Shown here piece after piece: positions 34,193 to 45,238 of a stretch of 64,000 nucleotides of DNA; position 1 is the first letter of the stretch, and every line of letters starts with the position of its first letter. The notes under the pieces were generated by a model that did no database searches, was not told the DNA's origin, and saw only the letters and a program-made list of their open reading frames with translations. The stretch spans positions 128,521-192,520 of the forward strand of contig NW_005201392.1 of the NCBI RefSeq assembly GCF_000372725.1. The letters are read 5' to 3'. The DNA is from Emiliania huxleyi CCMP1516 (taxonomy: Eukaryota). The position numbers and the translations under genes are program-made.

Positions 34193-35765
34193 TCATGCAA
34201 CAGAGTACTCAGCGAGCAGCGAGGCGGTCCACGCGTCGGCCGCCCGTCGCACTCGGCGGCGCGGCTCGCTGAACACCGCACCGCCGTCCACCGAGCCGCC
34301 GGCGCCTGGCGCGCGCGGTGGCTCTCCGCACGCCGCGCACTCCCGCTGCCGCCACTCGCGCCGCACCTCGGCGTGAGGTAAGGTAAGGTGAGGCAAGCGA
34401 GCTGCGGGATGGCCGAGAGAGGGCCGAGAGGTGGCCGAGAGAAGTTGGCCGAGGGATGGCCGAGAGATGGCCGAGAGATGGCCGAGATGTCGAGCCGCGC
34501 CTCGTCGTCGCAGAGCGAGACGAGAAAGTCCCAATCGTCCGCGCCGAAGGCGCGCGCCGCGAAGAGCGGCGGCGCGCTCCGGCAGAGTAACGCCGTCCCC
34601 TCCCTCGCGCTGCGCAGCAGCTCCAGCGCCGCGTGCACCGCGCGGTCGGCGGCCTACGCGCCCAAGGTCCCGGGGTGGGTACTGTTTGCACGGGCTTGCA
34701 TCGCTCTCTTGCTCCTGGAGGGGTGTGGCCAGCAGGCTTGGGGCTCCCATCTCGGCTGCTTCTCGGCTGTTTCTCGGCTGCTTCTCGGCTGTTTCTCGGC
34801 TGCTTCTCGGCTGCTTCTCGGCTGCTTCTCGGCTGTTCTCGGCATGGGGCCGCCTGGCCAGACATCGCCTCGACCGCCTCGACGACCGCCCGGCGGTCGG
34901 ATGCCCTGCCCTTTGCATGGTAGCGAGGGCCGTACAGCGAGCGCGCGCCCAGCTCAACCAGCTCCTCCCGGCTCATGGTGTCGGGCTGCCAGTGGGAGCG
35001 GTACGGGTATGCGATGGCGAGGTCGAGGGCGACGCGGCGCGGGAGCAGCTCACGCGTGTGGAAGGCGAAGAGGTCGCGCGTGCACGAGATGCCCACCGAA
35101 GAGCTCGAGTGGTGGCACGGCTGCAGCGAGATCCAAACCTCGAGCCGGTGGGTGGGCTCCCCGCCCGCCTCCCCGCCCGCCTCCCCGCCCGCCTCCCCGC
35201 CCGCCTCCCCGCCCGCACCAGGGCGGAGGGGCAGCGACCGGATCGCGGCCAGCATTGCGCCGTCCTCCATCATCACTCTCTCCGCATGGTGGCTCTTGTC
35301 CCGATTGTGGTACCGCGCCAGCAGCAGCGGCACCGTCCCCGGCTCGTCTCCCCGGCGCGCGGCGGCGAGGCGTGCCACGATCACCGTGTTGCGCCCCTCG
35401 CACTCGTCCGGGTGGCGGAGGCAGCACAGCGGCAGCGAGCCCTCCGGCGTCTCGCGCACATGGAAGAATGAGTCGCAAAACTCAGCCGCCGACCCGAGCA
35501 GGCTCCCGCCCGGCCGGACGTCGGCGAGCGTTGAAGCGCACGGCCGCGTCAGAGTCATCTGCGTCGCGGCTGGCACACACGGTCCGCGGCCGGTGCGCCT
35601 CGGATCGCCGCCCAAAGGCCGCTGCTGAACACCACTGCCGGCCGAGCGCTGGCCCAGAGACAGCCCGGAGGCGCGCTGCTCCAAAGAAACTGCGACGCCA
35701 CCGCCACCGCCGCCGCCAGGTGCGTCGCCGACGTTGCGCCGTCGGTGCGGAGGCACCCAAGACAT
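34193..35765 (-). CDS. AID/APOBEC-like (APOBEC4-like) zinc-dependent deaminase
   Basis: Exons 35765-34854, 34653-34501, 34366-34193. Motifs: EFCDSFFHV, HHAERVM, WISLQPCHHSSSSVGISC, AYPYRSHW, AREGTALL...DDWDFL. Confidence 0.75.
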
Positions 35766-35875
35766 CAGCGGGGGCCTCCAATTCGTGTTCGCCACGCTCA
35801 GAGTCCGAGCGTGCGGTACAGCCGCAGTACTGTGCCGTACTCGAGTACCAAAGTCTGTGCAGCTGTGAACAGCAG

Positions 35876-36200
35876 CTCCTGACCACGGCGCCGCAGGCGC
35901 CTGTTGATAGGTCCAGGTGATAGCCCTGGATGGGCAATGCATACGCCTCACTGGGCCTCAGATCGCCCGACCGCGTCCCGGTGCTCTGTGGTCGGATTTG
36001 TGACGCCGCCGCACCGCGCCGCGGCCGGGGGACCTCCGGAGGCCGAGGATGGCCGTGACGGACCGGGACGAGCTCTGGGAGGTTCAGTGTCAGTGTATAT
36101 ATTGTAGAGACTGACCATGTGCACAATATCTCTCAGTCTAGCTAAGCCTGGGAAGGCGATGCCGGGGCCGTACAGCAGCTTGATGGTGCTTCGCCGGCGT
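35876..36200 (+). repeat. Dispersed repeat family D, copy 2
   Basis: Matches 20083-20407. Lies ~110 bp upstream of the deaminase ATG. Confidence 0.9.
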
Positions 36201-38459
36201 GCGTCCCGGAGCGGTGCCGGACGGGCGGTCCGTGGGAGAAAATCCCGGGACAACGCCGACGGCGCTCTGATTCGACTTTTAACTTCAAACAAAGACAGTC
36301 GCACGCGCCGCAGCGCGGTGCGTGCCACTGTCAGGAGCGGATCCGTCAGTTAGTTGTGTTCACGCCGGGATCGTGTCCCTGACAAGCTGCACAGACTTTA
36401 GCCTGGCACAGTACCGGATCCAGTACCCGGGTACCGCGGGCGGACCTTGAAGCGGCACACCCCTCCCCCACCCCCCCCCTCTCTTCTCATGTGCATTCCA
36501 GCCAGCAGCTGGACTCGGGGGCGAGGACACTTTCCCCTTCAGTCGAGCAGACACGAATAGAATGTACAGAGCCGCGGAACCCTCCGCACTACTCATCAGC
36601 CTCACAGCCCTCGCCTCGAATCTGATCCATCCATCCACTCGGTTCAACACACGGCGCGCTGCAGGCTCAGAGGGCGCAGGCACACGATCACGCGCGCCAG
36701 CTGCAGGGGCTGGGCGGGCGCGATCGCGTTTGGGCTGGGCTCCTCGAGTGCGCGGCGCAGAGCTACGGGCTCGTGCAGGAGGCCGTGGCGAGCGGCGGCG
36801 GGGCGGACGCGCTCTTCCAGGCGGGAGAGCGCGTGCACTCGAAGATCGGCTCGCTCATGCGCGACTTCCGACACGAGAAGGGCGGAGACGAGCGCCGCGC
36901 CCATCAATCCGCTCGCCAACACCAGCGGCGCGACGGGCGCCAGGGTCGCAACGGCGGCGCGGCCACCCACGCGCACGATCCTCGCAGCCGCGGCGGCGGC
37001 AAGGGGCGCGGCGGCGGCGGCAAGAAGGGGCGCGGCGGCGGCGGGCAGGGGCGCGGCGGCGGGCGCGGCAGGGGGCGCGGCGGCCGACAGTAAGGGCAGG
37101 TGCGCACCCCCGTCACATAAGCCCCCTATCCCAGTAGCCCTCTTTCCCAGGTGAGGGACCGCCCACGCCCCGGGGTCGGTGGAGTGGTCCACGCCCGAGG
37201 GTTGGTGGTAAGATAGTCGTGGGGGGCGCGCCCGTCGGTGGTCCACCGGTCCGGTCCATCGGCGGGGTCATAACCGCAGCCTCTAGGCCGGGTGGGAGCC
37301 GACGCGCTTGCGCGCGGCGTCCTCTAGACAGGGGATTGGCGGGGGGAATGTCTGGACGCAGTCCGACGCGCAGGGCGCGAGACGACACGCGCCGACATGT
37401 TCTCGGGACGCGCCACGCGCGAAGCGGACCTCCTTCCCTTCCTTAGCGGCCCACCTTCAGAGCCGATCCCAGTAGATGCGAGGAAGCCCTGTGAGACATG
37501 CAGTACCGCCCTGTCCCCGAAAGGGCTTGGCAGCGGCACCGAGAGATTGAGCAACTCGGGTACGGTCAGAAGCCGCATGTTATAGGGGTGACACGCAGCC
37601 GAAGGTCCATCCTGCTCGCCGAGTCGACGCTGGGGCCTGACGCGCGTGCGCGAGATGGCGCGGCCGCGCGCTTGCGCGCGGCCGGTGAGTGTGCGCTTGC
37701 GCCGCAATCCTGGCTGAGCGGGGCGTACCTGCGGCGCTTATGGGGGTCGTCCCCCCCACGGCGTGCGAGCCGCCACGGTGTCGTGGCGCGCCGCGGGGTC
37801 AGGCTCTGGATCAAGGTTCAGAGCGCGAACACTGGGGGGTCCCTCTCGCATGGGGGGCTGAAGATACGTGCCACTCCTTCCGGGAGACCGGCCCTTGGAT
37901 CCTCCTCACCGTTACTAGTGCTGGCTGCCCATTTGTGCAGCTAGGTGTCCCACTAGCCACCGCGGATGTCTGCCGTGCAAAGCCAGGGGGCTGCGAGGCC
38001 TGTTCTCGCGGATTAGGTAAGTAGTTAGCGTCGGCTGATGGGTGCTTGTCGCGCGTGCGCGTATGTGCCTGGGTCGGGGGAACCTCGGCGCCACTCATGT
38101 CGTACGTCATGCCCGTCACGGCGTTGCGGGCCAAGTGAGCACCTAAACGCAAGCTGCGGCACAAGCCGCGTTGGCGCAGAGGAGGCGGCAAGCCTCAACG
38201 CGCCTACCCGTGGCATGCCGCCGGATCGGGCCAAGACTAAGGCTGCAGGATTCGGCCCCCCCTGCTGCGAGTGCCCTCCCGTTGAGGTGTCCATTTTCTG
38301 TGCAGTCGGGCTACAACTGTAGCGCGTTGGCAGGATCCCCAAAACAGTCGTCCACCCCCCCCAAAATTGAAGTCGACCGCCCAAATCTGTCCCCCCCCCC
38401 CCCCCGCAAACTCTAAACCACCATAAACTACAGTCTGCAGGGGCTCCACAGGCCCCAAA

Positions 38460-39210
<751 letters not shown>

Positions 39211-39419
39211 AAAGTGGGCCGCGGACACCTCGTAAATAAAATAATTTGAAACGTCGTCGAGCGCGAAAGTAGACAAACAAAGTAGTGAGGGAACAGCCTC
39301 GGGAAGGAGCTACGGTTAAATTGCTGTAACCGTGAACAGACGCCGAAGTTGACCAACATCCGCGGTTGAGGCCTCGTCGGCGTACCCGGGTTCAGTACAC
39401 TATCTCGCTCGTGTCACAT

Positions 39420-42020
39420 ATGTCCTACCTAGGTGAGGAGCGTCGCTGGCGTGTTGAGCAACGGCGCGCCGAGTACGGACGCGAAGAGCGATGGCGGGGC
39501 GAGCCGCGACGGCGGTCGCGATCGCGCGATGAGCCGCGGCGGGATGAGCTGCGACGGCGCAACGAGCGTTGGCAAGGCGAGCCGCACCATGACGGGCGGC
39601 ATGACGAGCGGCGCGGCTACAACGCCTCTTGGTGCAGTGGCCGCGAGCAGCGATGGCACGCTGAGCCACACGCCGCTGAGCGATGGCGCGACGAGCCATT
39701 GCGAGGCGAGCGATGGCCGCATCATGACGGGCGGCACGTTGAGCGGCGCGGCTGCAACGACCGACCAAGCATAGGCGAGCGCGAGCGCGACTTGTACGAT
39801 CGGCGCGATGATCGGTCCCACGATCCCAGGCGCGACCATGACCGGCGCGACCGCCGCGGCGAGGGGCAGCCTCAGCACAGCGACCGCCGGTTGAGTCCGC
39901 CGATGCGTGGTGCGGGATCGCGCGACGAGAGGCACACCTCTGCTGCCGGAGGTCAGCTCGATGCTAAGCAGCTCAGCGGCCGTATCTCGCATGCCAGCGG
40001 CGCCGACGAGCTGCTCAGGCTCTTTGCTGCCCACAGCGCGAGCTTGAACCACATCCACGCTGCGAACCTGTGGAACAAACTGGGCAAGCAGCGCATCGAG
40101 CGGCGGCACGAGGGGCGGCTTGAGCAGCTGGTGCAGCGCACGCTCGACCTGGTTTCTTCGTGCCGAGCACGCGAGCTGGCCAACGTGTCTCACGGCGTTG
40201 CAAGGTGCGGCCTGCAGGCGAGGGTGGTGCACCCGTTGTTCGTAGCGGTGGCGGAGGCGGCGGTGCGGAGCGGGCTGGCTGGCTTCACCCCTCAGGCCCT
40301 GGCCAACACGGTGTGGGCGTATGCGACGGCGGGCGTGGCTGCGGACGCGCTGTACGCGGCGGTGGCGGAGGCGGCGGTGCGCGGCGGGCTGGCTGGCTTC
40401 ACCCCTCAGAACCTGGCCAACACGGTGTGGGCGTATGCGACGGCGGGCGTGGCTGCGGACGCGCTGTACGCGGCGGTGGCGGAGGCGGCGGTGCGCGGCG
40501 GGCTGGCTGGCTTCAACCCTCAGAACCTGGCCAACACGGTGTGGGCGTATGCGACGGCGGGCGTGGCTGCGGACGCGCTGTACGCGGCGGTGGCGGAGGA
40601 GGTGGTGCGCGGCGGGCTGGCTGGCTTCAACCCTCAGGCCCTGTCCAACACGGTGTGGGCGTATGCGACGGCGGGCGTGGCTGCGGACACGCTGTACGCG
40701 GCGGTGGCGGAGGAGGCGGTGCGGAGCGGGCTGGCTGGCTTCAAGCCTCAGGACCTGGCCAACACGGTGTGGGCGTATGCGACGGCGGGCGTGGCTGCGG
40801 ACGCGCTGTACGCGGCGGTGGCGGAGGTGGCGGTGCGCGGCGGGCTGGCTGGCTTCAACCCTCAGAACCTGGCCAACACGGTGTGGGCGTATGCGACGGC
40901 GGGCGTGGCTGCGGACGCGCTGTACGCGGCGGTAGCGGAGGCGGCGGTGCGCGGCGGGCTGGCTGGCTTCAAGCCGCAGGAGCTGGCCAACACGGTGTGG
41001 GCGTATGCGACGGCGGGCGTGGCTGCGGACGCGCTGTACGCGGCGGTGGCGGAGGCGGCGGTGCGCGGCGGGCTGGCTGGCTTCAAGCCGCAGGAGCTGG
41101 CCAACACGGTGTGGGCGTATGCGACGGCGGGCGTGGCTGCGGACGCGCTGTACGCGGCGGTGGCGGAGGTGGCGGTGCGCGGCGGGCTGGCTGGCTTCAA
41201 CCCTCAGAACCTGTCCAACACGGTGTGGGCGTATGCGACGGCGGGCGTGGCTGCGGACGCGCTGTACGCGGCGGTGGCGGAGGCGGCGGTGCGCGGCGGG
41301 CTGGCTGGCTTCAAGCCGCAGGAGCTGGCCAACACGGTGTGGGCGTATGCGACGGCGGGCGTGGCTGCGGACGCGCTGTACGCGGCGGTGGCGGAGGTGG
41401 CGGTGCGCGGCGGGCTGGCTGGCTTCAAGCCGCAGGCCCTGGCCAACACGGTGTGGGCGTATGCGACGGCCGACTATTATCACCAGGCGCTGCTTGCCGA
41501 CTGCTCGCGCGTGATCAGCGACTCGCTCGCGCGGGATCCGTCGAGGTGGAGCGAGGAAGCCCGCTCTCAGCTGCACCAGTGGCAGCTCTGGCTCTCCCTG
41601 GAGCGAGGAGCAGACGGGCAGCAGCACCTCCTCTCCGAGTCCCAGCGCAAGCTCTGCTGCGACGCCATGCAAGGCACCGAAGTTACGATCTCGCGCTTAC
41701 AGCGCTCCGTCGCGGCTGCCCTCGCCGCCGTCCAGCACGGCTTCGAGGAGGAGCACCTCGAGCCGCGCACCGGCTACTCGCTCGACCTGGCGCTGCCCTC
41801 TTCACGCGTCGCTGTCGAGGTGGACGGCCCCTCTCACTTCCTGCTGCCCGACGGCCGGGGCGTGCGCAAACCCAATGGGCCAACGCTGCTCAAGCGGCGC
41901 CTCCTCAGGGCGGCTGGCTGGAGGGTGATCAGCGTTCCATTCTACGAGTGGGACGGCTTCGCGACAGCCAATGGGCAGCAAACCTACCTGGAGAGGGCGG
42001 TCGCCCCGCTGTTGGGCTAG
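39420..42020 (+). CDS. Intronless OPR-like (38-aa repeat) RNA-binding protein with C-terminal RAP domain
   Basis: 11 near-identical 114-bp repeats GLAGFxPQxLxNTVWAYATAGVAADALYAAVAEAAVRG plus one degenerate repeat. RAP motif YSLDLA...VAVEVDGPSHF...TLLKRRLL...GWRVISVPFYEW. Confidence 0.9.
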   Translation: MSYLGEERRWRVEQRRAEYGREERWRGEPRRRSRSRDEPRRDELRRRNERWQGEPHHDGRHDERRGYNASWCSGREQRWHAEPHAAERWRDEPLRGERWPHHDGRHVERRGCNDRPSIGERERDLYDRRDDRSHDPRRDHDRRDRRGEGQPQHSDRRLSPPMRGAGSRDERHTSAAGGQLDAKQLSGRISHASGADELLRLFAAHSASLNHIHAANLWNKLGKQRIERRHEGRLEQLVQRTLDLVSSCRARELANVSHGVARCGLQARVVHPLFVAVAEAAVRSGLAGFTPQALANTVWAYATAGVAADALYAAVAEAAVRGGLAGFTPQNLANTVWAYATAGVAADALYAAVAEAAVRGGLAGFNPQNLANTVWAYATAGVAADALYAAVAEEVVRGGLAGFNPQALSNTVWAYATAGVAADTLYAAVAEEAVRSGLAGFKPQDLANTVWAYATAGVAADALYAAVAEVAVRGGLAGFNPQNLANTVWAYATAGVAADALYAAVAEAAVRGGLAGFKPQELANTVWAYATAGVAADALYAAVAEAAVRGGLAGFKPQELANTVWAYATAGVAADALYAAVAEVAVRGGLAGFNPQNLSNTVWAYATAGVAADALYAAVAEAAVRGGLAGFKPQELANTVWAYATAGVAADALYAAVAEVAVRGGLAGFKPQALANTVWAYATADYYHQALLADCSRVISDSLARDPSRWSEEARSQLHQWQLWLSLERGADGQQHLLSESQRKLCCDAMQGTEVTISRLQRSVAAALAAVQHGFEEEHLEPRTGYSLDLALPSSRVAVEVDGPSHFLLPDGRGVRKPNGPTLLKRRLLRAAGWRVISVPFYEWDGFATANGQQTYLERAVAPLLG

Positions 42021-43007
42021 TACGGTGCACACTGACTGTTCTCAATAGGGGCGGCTCCCGTGGTGTACCTTTGTGCTCCTCGTGCCTGTGAGCTGTGTTA
42101 GTGGCGGCTGGCGCGCGCCAGAAAAAAGAGAATTTTACGCGCAAACACGCGCCTCCCCCCCTCGGCCTCCCTCCCTCCTCCCCCCTCGTGCGGTGTGCTG
42201 ACCGCGAGTGCCTCGTCTCGCCCTTAGGGAGGGAGGTGTCTCGGAAGCTTAGAGGCAGGAGCGCAGCGGAGGCGCGGGCGGCGGGCGGGGGCGGCAGGGA
42301 GGCGGCGGCATACGGCGCGACTGCGCAGCACCCAGAGACGCCCTTCCCGCCGCCGCCCCCGTCGTCGCGAGCGTCGCGCAGTCGCCGATCGCGCCGACGC
42401 GAACGCCGGCGCCGACGCCGCGCCGGCGCGGCTCGCGCGCGCTCAAGGCGCTGTCCGACCACAACCCGCACGAGGCGGCCGCGCCGCCGCCGGCCGCCTC
42501 GCGGCGCGGCCGCGGCGGAGGGAGTCGTCGGCGGGCGTCCACGTCTACCGCTCGGCGGCCGCGCCGGCGGCGGAGGGATGGGGGAGGAGGACTGTTCATC
42601 CCACGCGGCTGGTGGCACCAGGTGCGTGCGAGCGCGGGCAGCGTCGCCATGTCGATCCCGGAGAGTCGTGAGAGGCGCGCGGTAGCGGGTCGCTCGGTAT
42701 CCAAAAAGTCCTCCATGAACATTCTAGAGCGAACATACACAACACACTACATACAGGCGTGCTGCGTGACGTGATCGTGGCCGACTCTCACCCAGCCTCA
42801 CTCACAACTCTCACGTACTAGCAAGTGCACGACAGAGACTAGATAGGTTAGGTAGAAAGGTGAAGAACAGCCAGGCTGTGGACACCAACGCGGTACGAGG
42901 GCCAAGACTTTCTTCTTTTCACGTTGTGCGAGGGAAGTTTCGTAAAAGTGTCACTCCAGATCCATAAAATGTCGCATTTGCTGCGCGTTTTCTTGTAAAT
43001 CGAGCCT

Positions 43008-44827
43008 CGTCTGGGGGGGCGACCCCCCCATCTTTGTTTACCGATGCGTCCTAGAATGCAAAAACGCATTCTAGGACGCACTTTTCATCTCAAAGATACC
43101 ATGTGTCTCGGGTACACAGGGCATTCTAGGATGCGATGGCTGTCCTGGAGATAGCCGCGCCGTGTCTTTTGTTACGCGTTCCATCTTAGACGCCACAAGC
43201 ATCTATAGATGCACAGCTGTTCTGAGATGGCACTTGCATACTAGATCACATTTTACTATACTTGGACAGGGAAGCGTCTCAGGAGACACCGTGTGTCGGG
43301 TGCACCGGGCACCGAGGGGGGAGCAGGGAGCCAGGGAGCACGAAAAGGCGGTGTGATCTCTCGGCACCCCCTGGGGGCCCTGCCTTGAGTGCTCGTGTGA
43401 GGTCTCTCCTCGCGGCCTGCCCCTCCTGGAGAACCAGGTTCTCAGCACCGCGCATGCATCTGCTCGCGCCACGAGCTCTGGGCGCAAAGACCAAAGTTGC
43501 ATGCACTGCTTACGACGATCCGACGGCGACGCCGCCTCCCCCCCCCACCAACCAGTTTGCGCGGCAGGTAGCGGGGCCAGTTCGAGGCTGAGGGCGTGGG
43601 CGTGCGCCTAGACACGGAAGACAGCGTACTTCCGAGAGTCGGCCATCGCGCGGTTTTTCTTGTTTGACTTGGCGATTTGAGGGACCGGGCATCCCGACTC
43701 GCTCCTCGCTCCTCGCTCGGTGAGCTGTCGCCCACCAGCGCGCGGCGACCGCGCGCACACCGTGCCCGCCGGCTCGCCGCCCTCCTCACCACCCGTCGGC
43801 GCTGTCCGCAGGCATGTGAGTCAGAACGGCGACCGCGCAGCGCGCACGGGTGTCTTGCTCGCCACCACCCTCTCGCCCCCGCTCCGTGACCGCCGCCGCC
43901 CGCGCCACCGCCGCCGCCAACACCGCCTCGCGCCTCGCGCCTCGCTCTCGCCGCCCCCGCCGCCCGCCCTCGACCTCGCGACGGCGTCCTTCTGGGGATC
44001 TGCGGGTGGCTTGCCCGCCTCGCCGCCGCCCCCACAGCGTGACCGCTTCCGCCGCCCCCACAGCGTGACCGCTTCCGCTCGATCGGTGAGCCGTCGCCCA
44101 CCACGCGCGCTCTCACGGCGACCGCGGGCCGCTCATCGCCTCCGCCACGTCGCAGGTGTTTGATCTGGGCAGGAAGCGGCGCTGGTGACGGCAACCGGCA
44201 GCCACGTGCACGGAGTGCTAAGCGAGGTGCCTGTGTCCAAGTCTGAGTAGCCCGTGGCCGTGAGTGGCGTCAGGGGCAGTGTTCTGTGACTGTGTCCTGT
44301 GCGTGCTGTTCAGTGTGAGTCGGTGCAGCGGTGGGCCTGCTGCCGCTGCCACACGTGAGAGCCGCTGTCCGTGCCCCAGCACGTTGCGCGGAGAGGCTAT
44401 AGGGCGCCCACCCACGAGTGCTCGGGTGGGCGCGCCGCGGCTGTGCGAGTAGTAGCGCAGCAGCCGCGGCGCACAGCCGGGGGCACGGCCCGCCGCGCAG
44501 CGCTCGCCACACCGAGTTTTCGTTTTCTTCGTTTTGTTTTTATACGTGCGTGTATTTCTTGAGATCCACACGCTGTTCAAAATATGCGCGCGTCTTCTGA
44601 GACACGCGCTGTTCACAGTATGCACGGCGCGTCTTTTGAGACAGCAACGCCAATCGGAGATGCCGCGAGCAATTCGGGATGCGCGGAGCAACTAATATAG
44701 ACTCGCGCATCTTAGGATGCTCGAGCATACCGAGGACAGCGAGCGTCTAAGTAGGAGGCCTACTAGACGCACTCTAATCCAGAGACGCATTCGGTAAACA
44801 AAGATGGGGGGGTCGCCCCCCCAGACG
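43008..44827. mobile_element. Non-autonomous DNA transposon with ~43-bp TIRs and 3-bp TSD (cct)
   Basis: cgtctgggggggcgacccccccatctttgtttaccgatgcgtc at 43008 and its reverse complement (1-nt indel) ending at 44827, with cct on both flanks. Subterminal ctaggatgc/gacgca motifs. Confidence 0.85.
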
Positions 44828-44916
44828 CCTGTCTGCTGTGAGAGAGAGTTGTTTTGTTTAAATTCTTTTGGGGGGGGGGTACTGCCGGCGCCCGTCGGTG
44901 CCGACTCTCTTCACAT

Positions 44917-45052
44917 GATAGACTCCTCGGCAATCAAGGCGGGCGCGAGCCTCGTGGCGGGCGGCATCGCCATTTACATCTTCAAGTCGCGCGGCACGTC
45001 GTCGAAAGCGGCCGCGCCCACCCCGGCGGCGGCGGACTCGTGGAAGGCCGAG
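44917..45052 (+). pseudogene. Orphan first-exon-like fragment encoding a short N-terminal membrane anchor
   Basis: MIDSSAIKAGASLVAGGIAIYIFKSRG...SWKAE followed by a GT donor. No convincing downstream exons. Confidence 0.3.
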
Positions 45053-45238
45053 GTAGAGCAGCAGTTGCCAGTTGCAGTGCTGGCATGTGCTGGCGCTGAC
45101 CGTTGCTGTGGCGGCTTGCGCAGTCCGGCTCAGTCCGGTGTTCGCCCAAGAGACGAAGAGACAGCTCTCAAGCGCAGGTCGTGCGCCACCCGAGGCGAGT
45201 GGCGGGCATCGACCACAGTGCAAGGCAGGGCGGGCACA

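Noticed and set aside
36640..38030. RGG-tailed ORF (36773-37093) and downstream sequence as a gag/RT remnant
   Set aside because: No recognisable RT, RNase H or recombinase motif and no termini found.
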